DNA from: a virus
Virus record (IMG/VR): IMGVR_UViG_3300028844_005756
Location: 1-64,000 of that record
DNA length: 64,000 bases
Strand: one strand, 5' to 3'
A program made the position numbers and the translations under genes. Shown piece by piece: positions 29,196-37,195 of this stretch. The notes beneath the pieces are model-generated. The model was not told the origin of the DNA. It saw only the letters and a list, made by a program, of their open reading frames with translations, and did no database searches. The stretch's first letter is position 1. Every line of letters begins with the position of its first letter.

Positions 29196-30143
29196 ATGAT
29201 TGTACGTGATGAATTTTTATGGGTACAGAAGTATCGCCCTAAAAGTGTTAATGATTTAATTTTACCAGAAGATATTAAAAATACTTTAATATCTTTTGTT
29301 GAACAAGGTAGTTTGCCTAATTTTTTATTTCATTCGCAATCAGGCGGTACTGGTAAGACTAGTGCCGCTCTCGCTATAGCTCATCAATTAAACCTAGAAG
29401 TAATGATGATCAATGCTTCTGAAGAAAGAAGTATTGATATTATTCGTACAAAAATGACAGATTTCTGTTCTGCTATGTCTGTTGATGGCAGAAGAAAAAT
29501 GTTAATTCTTGATGAGGCAGACCATCTTCCTGATTTAAGTCAAAACGCTTTGAGAAACTTTTTTGAAAAGTTTTCTTCAAACTGTTCATTTGTTATGACT
29601 GCAAATCAAGCACAAAGAATTATTGCACCACTTCAATCAAGATGTGCAGTAATTGAATTTAAATTTCCAAAAGAAGAAAAACCCAAACTTGCTGGTGAGT
29701 TTTATCTAAGAGTGTGTCATATTCTTGACAGTGAAAACGTATCTTACGATAAAAAATTAATTCAACATGCAATTGTGCATTTCTTTCCGGATTTTCGCAG
29801 ATGTATAAATGAACTCCAAAGATATAGTGCAAGTGGAGAATTATCAAATAATATTTTATCAAATGTTCAAAATGAAAGTATTGAAAACTTATTAGAGGCT
29901 ATTGAAAATAAAAAATTTCAGTTAATAAGAAAATTCATACTTGAAAATTGGCATGGTACTGAGCAAGAACTTTATCGTTCTCTCTACGAAGAACTTCTAA
30001 AAAATGCTAAACCAGAATGTATTCCCGATATTATATTAATACTTTCTAAGTATGGATTTGAATCTACATTTGCTGTAGATAAAGAAATACATACATTAGC
30101 TTGTATGGTTGAACTAATGACATTACCTATACAATTTAAGTGA
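29196..30143 (+). CDS. clamp loader large subunit gp44
   Basis: LWVQKYRP, GTGKT, INAS, ILDEAD, LQSRC, FPDFRR. Confidence 0.95.
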   Translation: MIVRDEFLWVQKYRPKSVNDLILPEDIKNTLISFVEQGSLPNFLFHSQSGGTGKTSAALAIAHQLNLEVMMINASEERSIDIIRTKMTDFCSAMSVDGRRKMLILDEADHLPDLSQNALRNFFEKFSSNCSFVMTANQAQRIIAPLQSRCAVIEFKFPKEEKPKLAGEFYLRVCHILDSENVSYDKKLIQHAIVHFFPDFRRCINELQRYSASGELSNNILSNVQNESIENLLEAIENKKFQLIRKFILENWHGTEQELYRSLYEELLKNAKPECIPDIILILSKYGFESTFAVDKEIHTLACMVELMTLPIQFK

Positions 30144-30149
30144 GGTAAT

Positions 30150-30587
30150 ATGTCAACAAATGTTTTTGGTTTAGAGAACCATGAAGAAGTTGAATATGAA
30201 TTAGAACCGCCCAAGAAAATAAATTTGTTTGAGTATGTAAAATCAATTAATACTAAAGAACAATATCTCGGAGATAATTTAGAAAATTACTCATCATATA
30301 TAGTTAACAAGGCTATTGCCAGTTATCAAGATTGTATTTTTTTTGTAAAAGAGATGAATCTTTATCCTGCACTTAGTGATAAAATGGAGTATGACTTTTA
30401 CTATTATAGTATTAGTAAAAGAAAAAGATTCGCTGAGTGGATGAAACGTGACCAAGATAAAATAGAACTTGTTAGCAAGTTTTATAATGTTTCTCTTAAA
30501 AAAGCTGCGGAGTTTCTGGATATACTATCCGATAGTGAATTAAAAGACATAGAAAAATCACTAACTTATGGTGTTACAGAAAAATAA
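30150..30587 (+). CDS. clamp loader small subunit gp62
   Basis: Y..YIVNK, EMN, YDFY, KRKRFAEW; synteny. Confidence 0.88.
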   Translation: MSTNVFGLENHEEVEYELEPPKKINLFEYVKSINTKEQYLGDNLENYSSYIVNKAIASYQDCIFFVKEMNLYPALSDKMEYDFYYYSISKRKRFAEWMKRDQDKIELVSKFYNVSLKKAAEFLDILSDSELKDIEKSLTYGVTEK

Positions 30588-30592
30588 AAAAA

Positions 30593-30600
30593 TATAAATA
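30593..30600 (+). promoter_or_regulatory. T4-type late promoter
   Basis: TATAAATA in the intergenic gap upstream of regA. Confidence 0.45.
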
Positions 30601-30646
30601 TATTTGATGAGAATTATATGTTAAAATAAATTATTAAGGAGATTTT

Positions 30647-31069
30647 ATGTTATCCGAAGATACTATGAACGAAGATATATTTCGTGGCGTTGGAGTGGAA
30701 GTAGATTTAAAAAGTCAAGATGATTTTTTAAAAGTTAGAGAAACATTAACTAGAATTGGAATAGCTTCTAAAAAAGAAAAAAAATTATACCAATCTTGCC
30801 ATATACTACATAAACGTGGAAGATATGTAATTTTATCTTTTAAAGAACTTTTTAAATTAGATGGTAAAGAAAGTAACTTTACTGAATCAGATTTAGCTAG
30901 AAGAAACACAATTGCTAAATTACTTCATGATTGGAATTTAGTTGAAATTAAAGATTTAAATCAAGTAGAAGAACCTTTGGTTCCAATTTCTCAAATAAAA
31001 ATAATTCCACATAAAGAAAAGATTCAATGGGAATTGGTAGCTAAGTACCAAGTTGGTTCTAAAAATTAA
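30647..31069 (+). CDS. regA: translational repressor RegA
   Basis: DDFLKVRETLTRIGIAS, LYQSCHILHK.G.Y, RRNTIA.LL.DW. Confidence 0.97.
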   Translation: MLSEDTMNEDIFRGVGVEVDLKSQDDFLKVRETLTRIGIASKKEKKLYQSCHILHKRGRYVILSFKELFKLDGKESNFTESDLARRNTIAKLLHDWNLVEIKDLNQVEEPLVPISQIKIIPHKEKIQWELVAKYQVGSKN

Positions 31070-31091
31070 TACCATTTACTAGTGATTTATT

Positions 31092-31286
31092 ATGAAAAAA
31101 ATGACAGCATTCAAAAAAAGAACTAACATTAAATTAATTGTTAGTTCTTTCAACACAAAAAAATTCATAAAAGAATTTATGAATTTAATGGATAATAAAG
31201 GTTTGAGTGAAGAACAAATAGATAAATTATTATATAATCATTGTCTATATGATAAAAATAGTCCATTAAAATTGAATAAAGGTTAA
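31092..31286 (+). CDS. hypothetical protein, paralog 1
   Basis: SFN.KKFI.EF...NHCLYDKNSPLKLNKG. Confidence 0.6.
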   Translation: MKKMTAFKKRTNIKLIVSSFNTKKFIKEFMNLMDNKGLSEEQIDKLLYNHCLYDKNSPLKLNKG

Positions 31287-31496
31287 TTATGGAAAAGGTG
31301 GTAGGTTTTAAACACCTAAAAGATAAAGAAAATATTCATACTAAATCTTTTAATAGAAAAAAATTTATAAATGAATTTGTAGAAGTCATTAAAAATGAAA
31401 AATTATCAAAAGAACAAAAAGTAGAAATACTTTCTAATCATTGTCTATATGATAAAAATAGTCCATTAAAATTGAATAAAGGTTAACTATGGAAAA
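31235..31496 (+). repeat. 62-bp direct repeat with 1 mismatch, period 200
   Basis: 31235-31296 vs 31435-31496. Confidence 0.95.
31289..31486 (+). CDS. hypothetical protein, paralog 2
   Basis: Same motifs, identical last 16 aa. Confidence 0.6.
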   Translation: MEKVVGFKHLKDKENIHTKSFNRKKFINEFVEVIKNEKLSKEQKVEILSNHCLYDKNSPLKLNKG

Positions 31497-32028
31497 CTGG
31501 AGAGTAGTGAATGATAATAATGAACCTGTTAAGTTAGGTGTTTATAGAATATATGAACATGCCATGTTACCTACTTTTGCTACAGATGGTTCAGCATGTT
31601 TTGATGTGTATGCTTCTTTACCAGATGAGTCAACAGTTAAAGTATATAGCAGTAACTTTCAAGACTATGCTAAAGTACTTGTACGTTCTGATTGCATAAC
31701 AATTTATAATGGTCATCGTGCTATGATTCCAACTGGAATCATTTTTGATATTCCCCAAGGATACAGTGTACGCCTACATGCAAGATCTGGTTTAGCTTTA
31801 AAAAATGGTATTGTTTTAGTTAATCAGGAAGCCGTTATTGATTCTGATTATGTACAAGAAACATTTGTTTTAATTGAAAATACATCATTAGTTCCTTTTG
31901 AAGTGACAGATGGAATGAGAATTTGTCAAGGTGAACTAGTTAAAAATATACCAACACTCATCAATGAATCCGTAGTGCCACCGGAAGAACGCAATCGTAA
32001 AGGTGGCTTTGGTTCAACTGGTGTGTAA
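31489..32028 (+). CDS. dut: trimeric dUTPase
   Basis: GSACFD, IPTG, ARSGLA, IDSDY, RICQ, R.GGFGSTG. Confidence 0.95.
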   Translation: MENWRVVNDNNEPVKLGVYRIYEHAMLPTFATDGSACFDVYASLPDESTVKVYSSNFQDYAKVLVRSDCITIYNGHRAMIPTGIIFDIPQGYSVRLHARSGLALKNGIVLVNQEAVIDSDYVQETFVLIENTSLVPFEVTDGMRICQGELVKNIPTLINESVVPPEERNRKGGFGSTGV

Positions 32029-32441
32029 TGAAATTAGAACATAAACACTTTATAGTTAGAGCAGAAGTAGCAGGTACTCCTAAACTACAAGATATATCTT
32101 TTGTTGAAGATTGGATGTCACGTTTAATTAAAAGTGTTGGTATGGTTACTTTAATAGAACCTAAAGCGGTTTATTGTGACAAAGAAAATAATCGTGGAAT
32201 TACGGCAATTGCCGCACTTACAACAAGTTCAACAACATTACACATATGGGATGAGAAACCACCATGTTATTTACAATTTGATTTATATTCATGTAAATCA
32301 TTTGACTATGAACATGTTTTACACGCAATCAATGAATTCGGAATGACAAGATATGAATATTATATGTTAAATCGTGAAACTCCGTTTTCTCATATACACG
32401 CAAAAGGCCATGGACTCTTTGAACCGAGCATCTCTAAATGA
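32028..32441 (+). CDS. speD: pyruvoyl-dependent S-adenosylmethionine decarboxylase-like protein
   Basis: KH.IV, G.T....TTSS..LHIW.E, QFDLYSC. Confidence 0.75.
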   Translation: MKLEHKHFIVRAEVAGTPKLQDISFVEDWMSRLIKSVGMVTLIEPKAVYCDKENNRGITAIAALTTSSTTLHIWDEKPPCYLQFDLYSCKSFDYEHVLHAINEFGMTRYEYYMLNRETPFSHIHAKGHGLFEPSISK

Positions 32442-32874
32442 TGCATCTGATATAATTAAAATATTTTATCTTTATCGTGATATATTTCCCCACATCAGAA
32501 AAGACTACATAGATAGAAACCTTGAAAAAGGTAATGTTATATATGAAAATGATGTTATTATAATATATAATAAGTATTTGAAAAAAACACGATTAGGCAA
32601 CATACATGCTTTAAAAGGTAATTTTATACTACATCAAATAGTAACAAAATATAGAGATGGAAGAGCAACACAAATATTTAAAAAGTTTTTAAATGAATTA
32701 GATGATAAATTGTTTTTAACTGTAAGAAGCAGTAACACTAAAGCTATTAATTTTTATGAAAGGAATGGTATGAAATGTGTAGGGGATATTGCTTGGAAAA
32801 ACAATACACTTCCAGGTAAAGTATTTTTATATACTACACCAAATAATTTATATGAAAAATTTGCATTACTATAG
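32410..32874 (+). CDS. GNAT acetyltransferase
   Basis: LHQI, G.A, LTVRSSNTKAINFYERNGM. Confidence 0.8.
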   Translation: MDSLNRASLNDASDIIKIFYLYRDIFPHIRKDYIDRNLEKGNVIYENDVIIIYNKYLKKTRLGNIHALKGNFILHQIVTKYRDGRATQIFKKFLNELDDKLFLTVRSSNTKAINFYERNGMKCVGDIAWKNNTLPGKVFLYTTPNNLYEKFALL

Positions 32875-33043
32875 AAGAACTTTTACATTTTTTGTTATTT
32901 TTTATGCAATGTGGTTGATACTATTTTACGGCAGTTGGAATGTTGAAAATGAGTATTCTAAATTTCATCATGATAATTTCGTAAGATTATGTAAAACTAA
33001 TTATGAGAATATACATGAAAATGTACGAAGGTATTGTTCATAA
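32852..33043 (+). CDS. small membrane protein
   Basis: Hydrophobic FTFFVIFYAMWLILFY; lies upstream of the endolysin. Confidence 0.45.
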   Translation: MKNLHYYRRTFTFFVIFYAMWLILFYGSWNVENEYSKFHHDNFVRLCKTNYENIHENVRRYCS

Positions 33044-33061
33044 TTTATAGGAGAATAATAA

Positions 33062-33511
33062 ATGTTTAAACTATCACAGCGGTCATTAGACAAACTAGAA
33101 GGTGTAAAACCTGAATTAGTAGATGTTGTTAAAAGAGCAATTGAGTTAACAACAGTAGACTTCGGAGTTATTGAAGGTTTACGAACAGAAGAACAACAGA
33201 AGGCACTTGTAGAAAAAGGTGCATCACAAACAATGAAATCAAAACATCTCACTGGCAATGCTGTAGACTTAATGGCATATGTTGGCGGAAGAGGATGTTG
33301 GGAATTAAATGTATATGATGAAATTGCAGATGCTGTGAAAGCCGCTGCAGAAGAACTCGGAACTCCGATTCGCTGGGGTGCTGCATGGACTGTCAGTGAT
33401 TTGCGAAATTGGGAAGGAACAGCAGAGGAAGCTATGAATGCGTATATAGACATTCGTAGAGCAGAAGGAAGAAGACCTTTTATAGATGCTCCACATTTTG
33501 AGCTTGTATAA
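33062..33511 (+). CDS. M15 (L-Ala-D-Glu) peptidase endolysin
   Basis: LSQRS..KLEGV, EGLRT, SKHLTGNAVD, RWG, DAPHFEL. Confidence 0.92.
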   Translation: MFKLSQRSLDKLEGVKPELVDVVKRAIELTTVDFGVIEGLRTEEQQKALVEKGASQTMKSKHLTGNAVDLMAYVGGRGCWELNVYDEIADAVKAAAEELGTPIRWGAAWTVSDLRNWEGTAEEAMNAYIDIRRAEGRRPFIDAPHFELV

Positions 33512-33519
33512 AAAAATCC

Positions 33520-33547
33520 TTGACTTTTCAGATAGTTTTGATATGAT
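33520..33547 (+). promoter_or_regulatory. sigma70-like promoter
   Basis: TTGACT-16-TATGAT with TG. Confidence 0.55.
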
Positions 33548-33592
33548 AGATGAATATTCACCGCTAAGAAAAATTTTAGTTAAAAAGCTACC

Positions 33593-34129
33593 ATGATTAC
33601 AAAGCAAATCATAGATAGACTGACAGATGAGGTAAAGGAATTATTTGATTTTTACGACAAAAAGAAGTTAAGAAAATCTGATAAGCAGAAATCTGAAGAT
33701 ATTTCTGGTTTGCTTGAGACAGTGATGGAAGAAATGATTGAAGGTGCGATTGCTCCAAAAGTTGATAGTGAGCCAGATATTCGTTTGAATGGTGAGCCTG
33801 TTGAGATTAAAACAACATCTGGTGATTCTTGGAGAGGTGGAGAATACTCTAAGCGAGGTGGATATTTCATTTTTGTTTCATGGAAATTGAATGAAAATAA
33901 TGTCCCATCATTTTTTATAGCTGGATTAAGTTTACAAAAAGATGATTGGATTATTAGTAAATCTAAAAATTATTATGCAACTACTTTTAATAAAAAGCAA
34001 TTATTAAAAAATCAAGATAGAGTAGATTTTTATAGTGGTAAACTCAAATCATACATGCGAGGTTCACAACAATGTATTTCTTTAGTATATGATAATACTA
34101 AAGAGTTTGATTTAAAATCTTTATTTTAA
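33593..34129 (+). CDS. PD-(D/E)xK restriction-endonuclease-like protein
   Basis: E...PDIRLNGEPVEIKTT. Confidence 0.6.
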   Translation: MITKQIIDRLTDEVKELFDFYDKKKLRKSDKQKSEDISGLLETVMEEMIEGAIAPKVDSEPDIRLNGEPVEIKTTSGDSWRGGEYSKRGGYFIFVSWKLNENNVPSFFIAGLSLQKDDWIISKSKNYYATTFNKKQLLKNQDRVDFYSGKLKSYMRGSQQCISLVYDNTKEFDLKSLF

Positions 34130-34134
34130 AATAC

Positions 34135-34210
34135 TCCTGATTAGCTCAGTTGGTAGAGCAAATGACTGTTAATCATTGGGTCGCTGGTTCGAGTCCAGCA
34201 TCAGGAGCCA
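34135..34210 (+). tRNA. tRNA-Asn(GTT)
   Basis: Canonical 76-nt cloverleaf, TCCTGAT/ATCAGGA acceptor, CT-GTT-AA loop, encoded CCA. Confidence 0.97.
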
Positions 34211-34227
34211 AACCTTATGGAGTAATT

Positions 34228-34413
34228 ATGGCTAATGCTAAACAAAAGAAAGTTGTACGTAAAATGCTTTCGCAAATTGAAGTGATGAAAAAGAAAGCAA
34301 CTGAAAAAAAGGAATCTGCTGAAGTTATTGCAAGAAAAGAACAAAATATGTTGAATTATTATAAAGATAAATTCGGAAAAAGGTTTGATGAATTTGCTGA
34401 TATGGTAAGCTAA
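34228..34413 (+). CDS. small basic hypothetical protein
   Basis: ATG after GGAG, downstream of tRNA-Asn. Confidence 0.65.
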   Translation: MANAKQKKVVRKMLSQIEVMKKKATEKKESAEVIARKEQNMLNYYKDKFGKRFDEFADMVS

Positions 34414-34421
34414 AGAGATAT

Positions 34422-34508
34422 GCGGGGTGTTCCATTCACATGTCTTATATACATGCGGCAAAACAGAGTGGCGGTGCCAATGAAGTTCAATTCTTCCACC
34501 CCGTACCA
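34422..34508 (+). tRNA. atypical D-armless tRNA-like gene, anticodon TAT (Ile)
   Basis: GCGGGGTG/CACCCCGT acceptor + ACCA; CATGT-CTTATAT-ACATG anticodon arm; long variable arm; GAAG-TTCAATT-CTTC T arm. Confidence 0.7.
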
Positions 34509-34540
34509 CATTTAAAAAAAATATATTTATTATGTAATTA

Positions 34541-34921
34541 ATGGAAAATAATACAAATAATGAAGATTTAAAGTTCAATGAACCTTTTCTTGAAAAAAAA
34601 GAAGTAACTGCAATTTCATATGATAGTTCCGTAGTAGATGAAATTGTTGAGAATGAACCGCAAATCACAAAAATTGTAACTCCTGTTGATGATTGGACCT
34701 ATTGGGCAAAATGGATTGGTAATGCGTTTCTCATTGTTGGTACATTACTTACTAATTTAGCATTACTTCCAATGAACTATATTTTTAGTTTGATTGGTTT
34801 ATTTTTATGGGCTATTGTTGCAGCACAATGGAATGACAGAAGTTTAGTTGTTTTAAATGTTTTTCTATTAGGTACAGTTGCAATGACTTTAGCCCAGCAT
34901 ATTAAAGAATATTTTTTATAA
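34541..34921 (+). CDS. membrane protein (DUF6552-like)
   Basis: W..KW....P.N......W..V...W.DR.L.VLN. Confidence 0.65.
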   Translation: MENNTNNEDLKFNEPFLEKKEVTAISYDSSVVDEIVENEPQITKIVTPVDDWTYWAKWIGNAFLIVGTLLTNLALLPMNYIFSLIGLFLWAIVAAQWNDRSLVVLNVFLLGTVAMTLAQHIKEYFL

Positions 34922-34928
34922 GGTAATT

Positions 34929-35086
<158 letters not shown>

Positions 35087-35237
35087 GTTTTTTTAGGTGT
35101 TTTTAGTAAAAAATACCTATATATGATCAGAAAAAAACTATAAAGACTGAAACGTTTTTTCTGTTTTGTCACCTGTCTAAACAACAGGGTTGCTGATTAG
35201 CAGCAACAATTCTATAACTAACCATAGGATAAGTATT

Positions 35238-36608
35238 ATGCAAACTATCAATACCCCCAGTGTAAATCTACACACAACAGAAGCTTTCACCGCAACAGAA
35301 CAAAATATTCTCAAAGAATATCTAGAAAAGAAAGAAAAGAGATTTCCTCATAGATATGATGAAACATATCTTCAAAAGAGCGGATTGCGACTTTCTGAAC
35401 ATTGTGCTATTTTAAATAAAGAAGATATTGTTGTTGAGAAACCAGGTCATTTCACAAACAATTTAGTTTGGGCAGGTGGAATCAATAATAAATTTAATGA
35501 TATTAAGAAAAGTTTAAGTGAAGATGGTTATGAATTATCACATATACCACCTGCAGTTTATTTTGATAAAAAGGAAAAAAAATATCAACTAGTTGATGGA
35601 AGAACTAGATTTAAAATTTTGGAAAATTATGATATTAGTAATATTATAGTAGATATCTATGAGAAAATTGAAGGGGCATCAGAAAAAACAGTTGAATTAG
35701 GATGTGGTAGACTACAAACACAATCAAATTTAGGAAGGGAAATTGCTGGTAAAGTTACTGATAAGGATATTATTTCAAATGTTCATTCATGGATTGAAAG
35801 TGGGTTTATCAAAAAAGAAGACTCGACTACTAAAAAAGAAGAAGATAAACAACCTGATTTGACTAGTATAATAGAGTTTATTAATGATTTTTATAATCCA
35901 TTACATGTTAAAAGTTCTAAAAAAATAAACAATTTAGCAAATGCCGCCAGAGATACATATGGACAAAATACTAAACGAATAGTTTGGATTGATGTTAAAG
36001 ATGTGCAGACTTGGTTGGGTGTAGATAAAAGAACTAATACTAGAATTCCAAATAGTCAAAGACCACCAGAAGACCTTGACAACCCTATGGATAATAAGAA
36101 TTCTTATGTTGATTCTTTTCCAGATGGAGCAACACATAGCAGGGGTACTTGTTATTTAGAAATTGATACAACTCAAGCAAGACGTGCCGTTGCTGCAGCA
36201 GCAAATCATGCTAGATTAAATCCTAACTGCGACATTAGAATTATTATATATGTTAAACAAATAACAGATAATGAAAATCCTGCAATTGCTTATAATAGAG
36301 AAATTACTAGGTTTGTTAGAACTTTTTATGGTACTCTAAATCAAATTTCAGAATGTTATTTTAATAAGGTAACTCCATTAGTTGATGTGGTTTCTATATA
36401 TGGTGCTGTACCAAGTTTAAAAGAGTATCATAATACTAAAGAACTTATTCTTCTTAATTCAGCTTCGGTTGGAACTACTGGGTCTAATCCAAAATGGTTT
36501 CAAAAAAATCCCTTAAAGTTAAATGGAATATCATCATATGATTTATTAAATACTATTTCTATCAATAATAACGAAGAAGAAGATGATGATGATAGTTGGC
36601 TTGATTAA
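35238..36608 (+). CDS. ParB/Srx-like N-terminal domain protein
   Basis: IPPAV...YQLVDGRTR; acidic tail. Confidence 0.6.
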   Translation: MQTINTPSVNLHTTEAFTATEQNILKEYLEKKEKRFPHRYDETYLQKSGLRLSEHCAILNKEDIVVEKPGHFTNNLVWAGGINNKFNDIKKSLSEDGYELSHIPPAVYFDKKEKKYQLVDGRTRFKILENYDISNIIVDIYEKIEGASEKTVELGCGRLQTQSNLGREIAGKVTDKDIISNVHSWIESGFIKKEDSTTKKEEDKQPDLTSIIEFINDFYNPLHVKSSKKINNLANAARDTYGQNTKRIVWIDVKDVQTWLGVDKRTNTRIPNSQRPPEDLDNPMDNKNSYVDSFPDGATHSRGTCYLEIDTTQARRAVAAAANHARLNPNCDIRIIIYVKQITDNENPAIAYNREITRFVRTFYGTLNQISECYFNKVTPLVDVVSIYGAVPSLKEYHNTKELILLNSASVGTTGSNPKWFQKNPLKLNGISSYDLLNTISINNNEEEDDDDSWLD

Positions 36609-36618
36609 ATAAATATGT

Positions 36619-36643
36619 TGGGGAGATTTTTCTCCCCATTTTT
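36619..36643 (+). terminator. rho-independent terminator
   Basis: TGGGGAGA-tttt-TCTCCCCA-TTTTT. Confidence 0.75.
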
Positions 36644-36655
36644 CAAAAAAATCCC

Positions 36656-36683
36656 TTGACATTTCCCCACAATCTGCTATACT
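36656..36683 (+). promoter_or_regulatory. early promoter
   Basis: TTGACA-16-TATACT with TG. Confidence 0.7.
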
Positions 36684-36685
36684 TT

Positions 36686-36762
36686 GGCCTGTTAGTTCAG
36701 TTGGTTAGAACGCTTGCCTGTCACGCAAGAGGTCACCGGTTCAAGTCCGGTACAGGTCGCCA
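36686..36762 (+). tRNA. tRNA-Asp(GTC)
   Basis: Canonical cloverleaf, CT-GTC-AC loop, GCCA end. Confidence 0.96.
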
Positions 36763-36782
36763 CAACTCTTTAGGAGATTCAT

Positions 36783-37088
36783 ATGTCTGAAGAACATCCA
36801 TTCGGTCGACAACTAGAAGTTATCAGTGGTTTTGAATTAGAAGACGGTTCAGCGATTAGATGCTGGAAAGACTTTGATAACGGATATTCTATTTCTACTA
36901 TCCGACATAACATGTCATATGGCGGAAAAGCAGGTCTGTATGAGATTGCCGTATTCTACAAAAGAGTAGGTAGAGAAGTAGAAGGCATCACAGATGAAGG
37001 TGATTATGTTGCTGGTTGGTTGACTTATGAAGATGTGCTTGAAAGGCATGAGAAAGTCAAGAACCTTCTACCTAATCTTCTAAACTAA
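36783..37088 (+). CDS. conserved early phage protein
   Basis: FDNGY..S....SYGG..GLYEIAV...V.GWLT. Confidence 0.75.
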   Translation: MSEEHPFGRQLEVISGFELEDGSAIRCWKDFDNGYSISTIRHNMSYGGKAGLYEIAVFYKRVGREVEGITDEGDYVAGWLTYEDVLERHEKVKNLLPNLLN

Positions 37089-37092
37089 TCTC

Positions 37093-37150
37093 GGATATTC
37101 CTGGTAAATCCAGGAATATCCCTTGACATTTTCCCTCAGTCTGCTATACT
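37093..37150 (+). promoter_or_regulatory. 12-bp hairpin followed by an early promoter
   Basis: GGATATTCCTGG-taaat-CCAGGAATATCC; TTGACA-16-TATACT. Confidence 0.7.
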
Positions 37151-37195
37151 ATTTCTATTGAGTGAGACAACTCTCCACACTAGACAAGAGGCATC

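Noticed and set aside
31235-31496. CRISPR array
   Set aside because: Only two 62-bp copies, both within coding sequence, and no cas genes
33001-33561. Antisense ORFs (also 8983..9339, 24219..24704, 37226..37810, 49744..50283, 52871..53287 and others)
   Set aside because: Shadows of well-supported genes, with no motifs of their own
34150-34227. ORF-track N-terminal extension
   Set aside because: Lies inside tRNA-Asn; the better start is at 34228 with an SD
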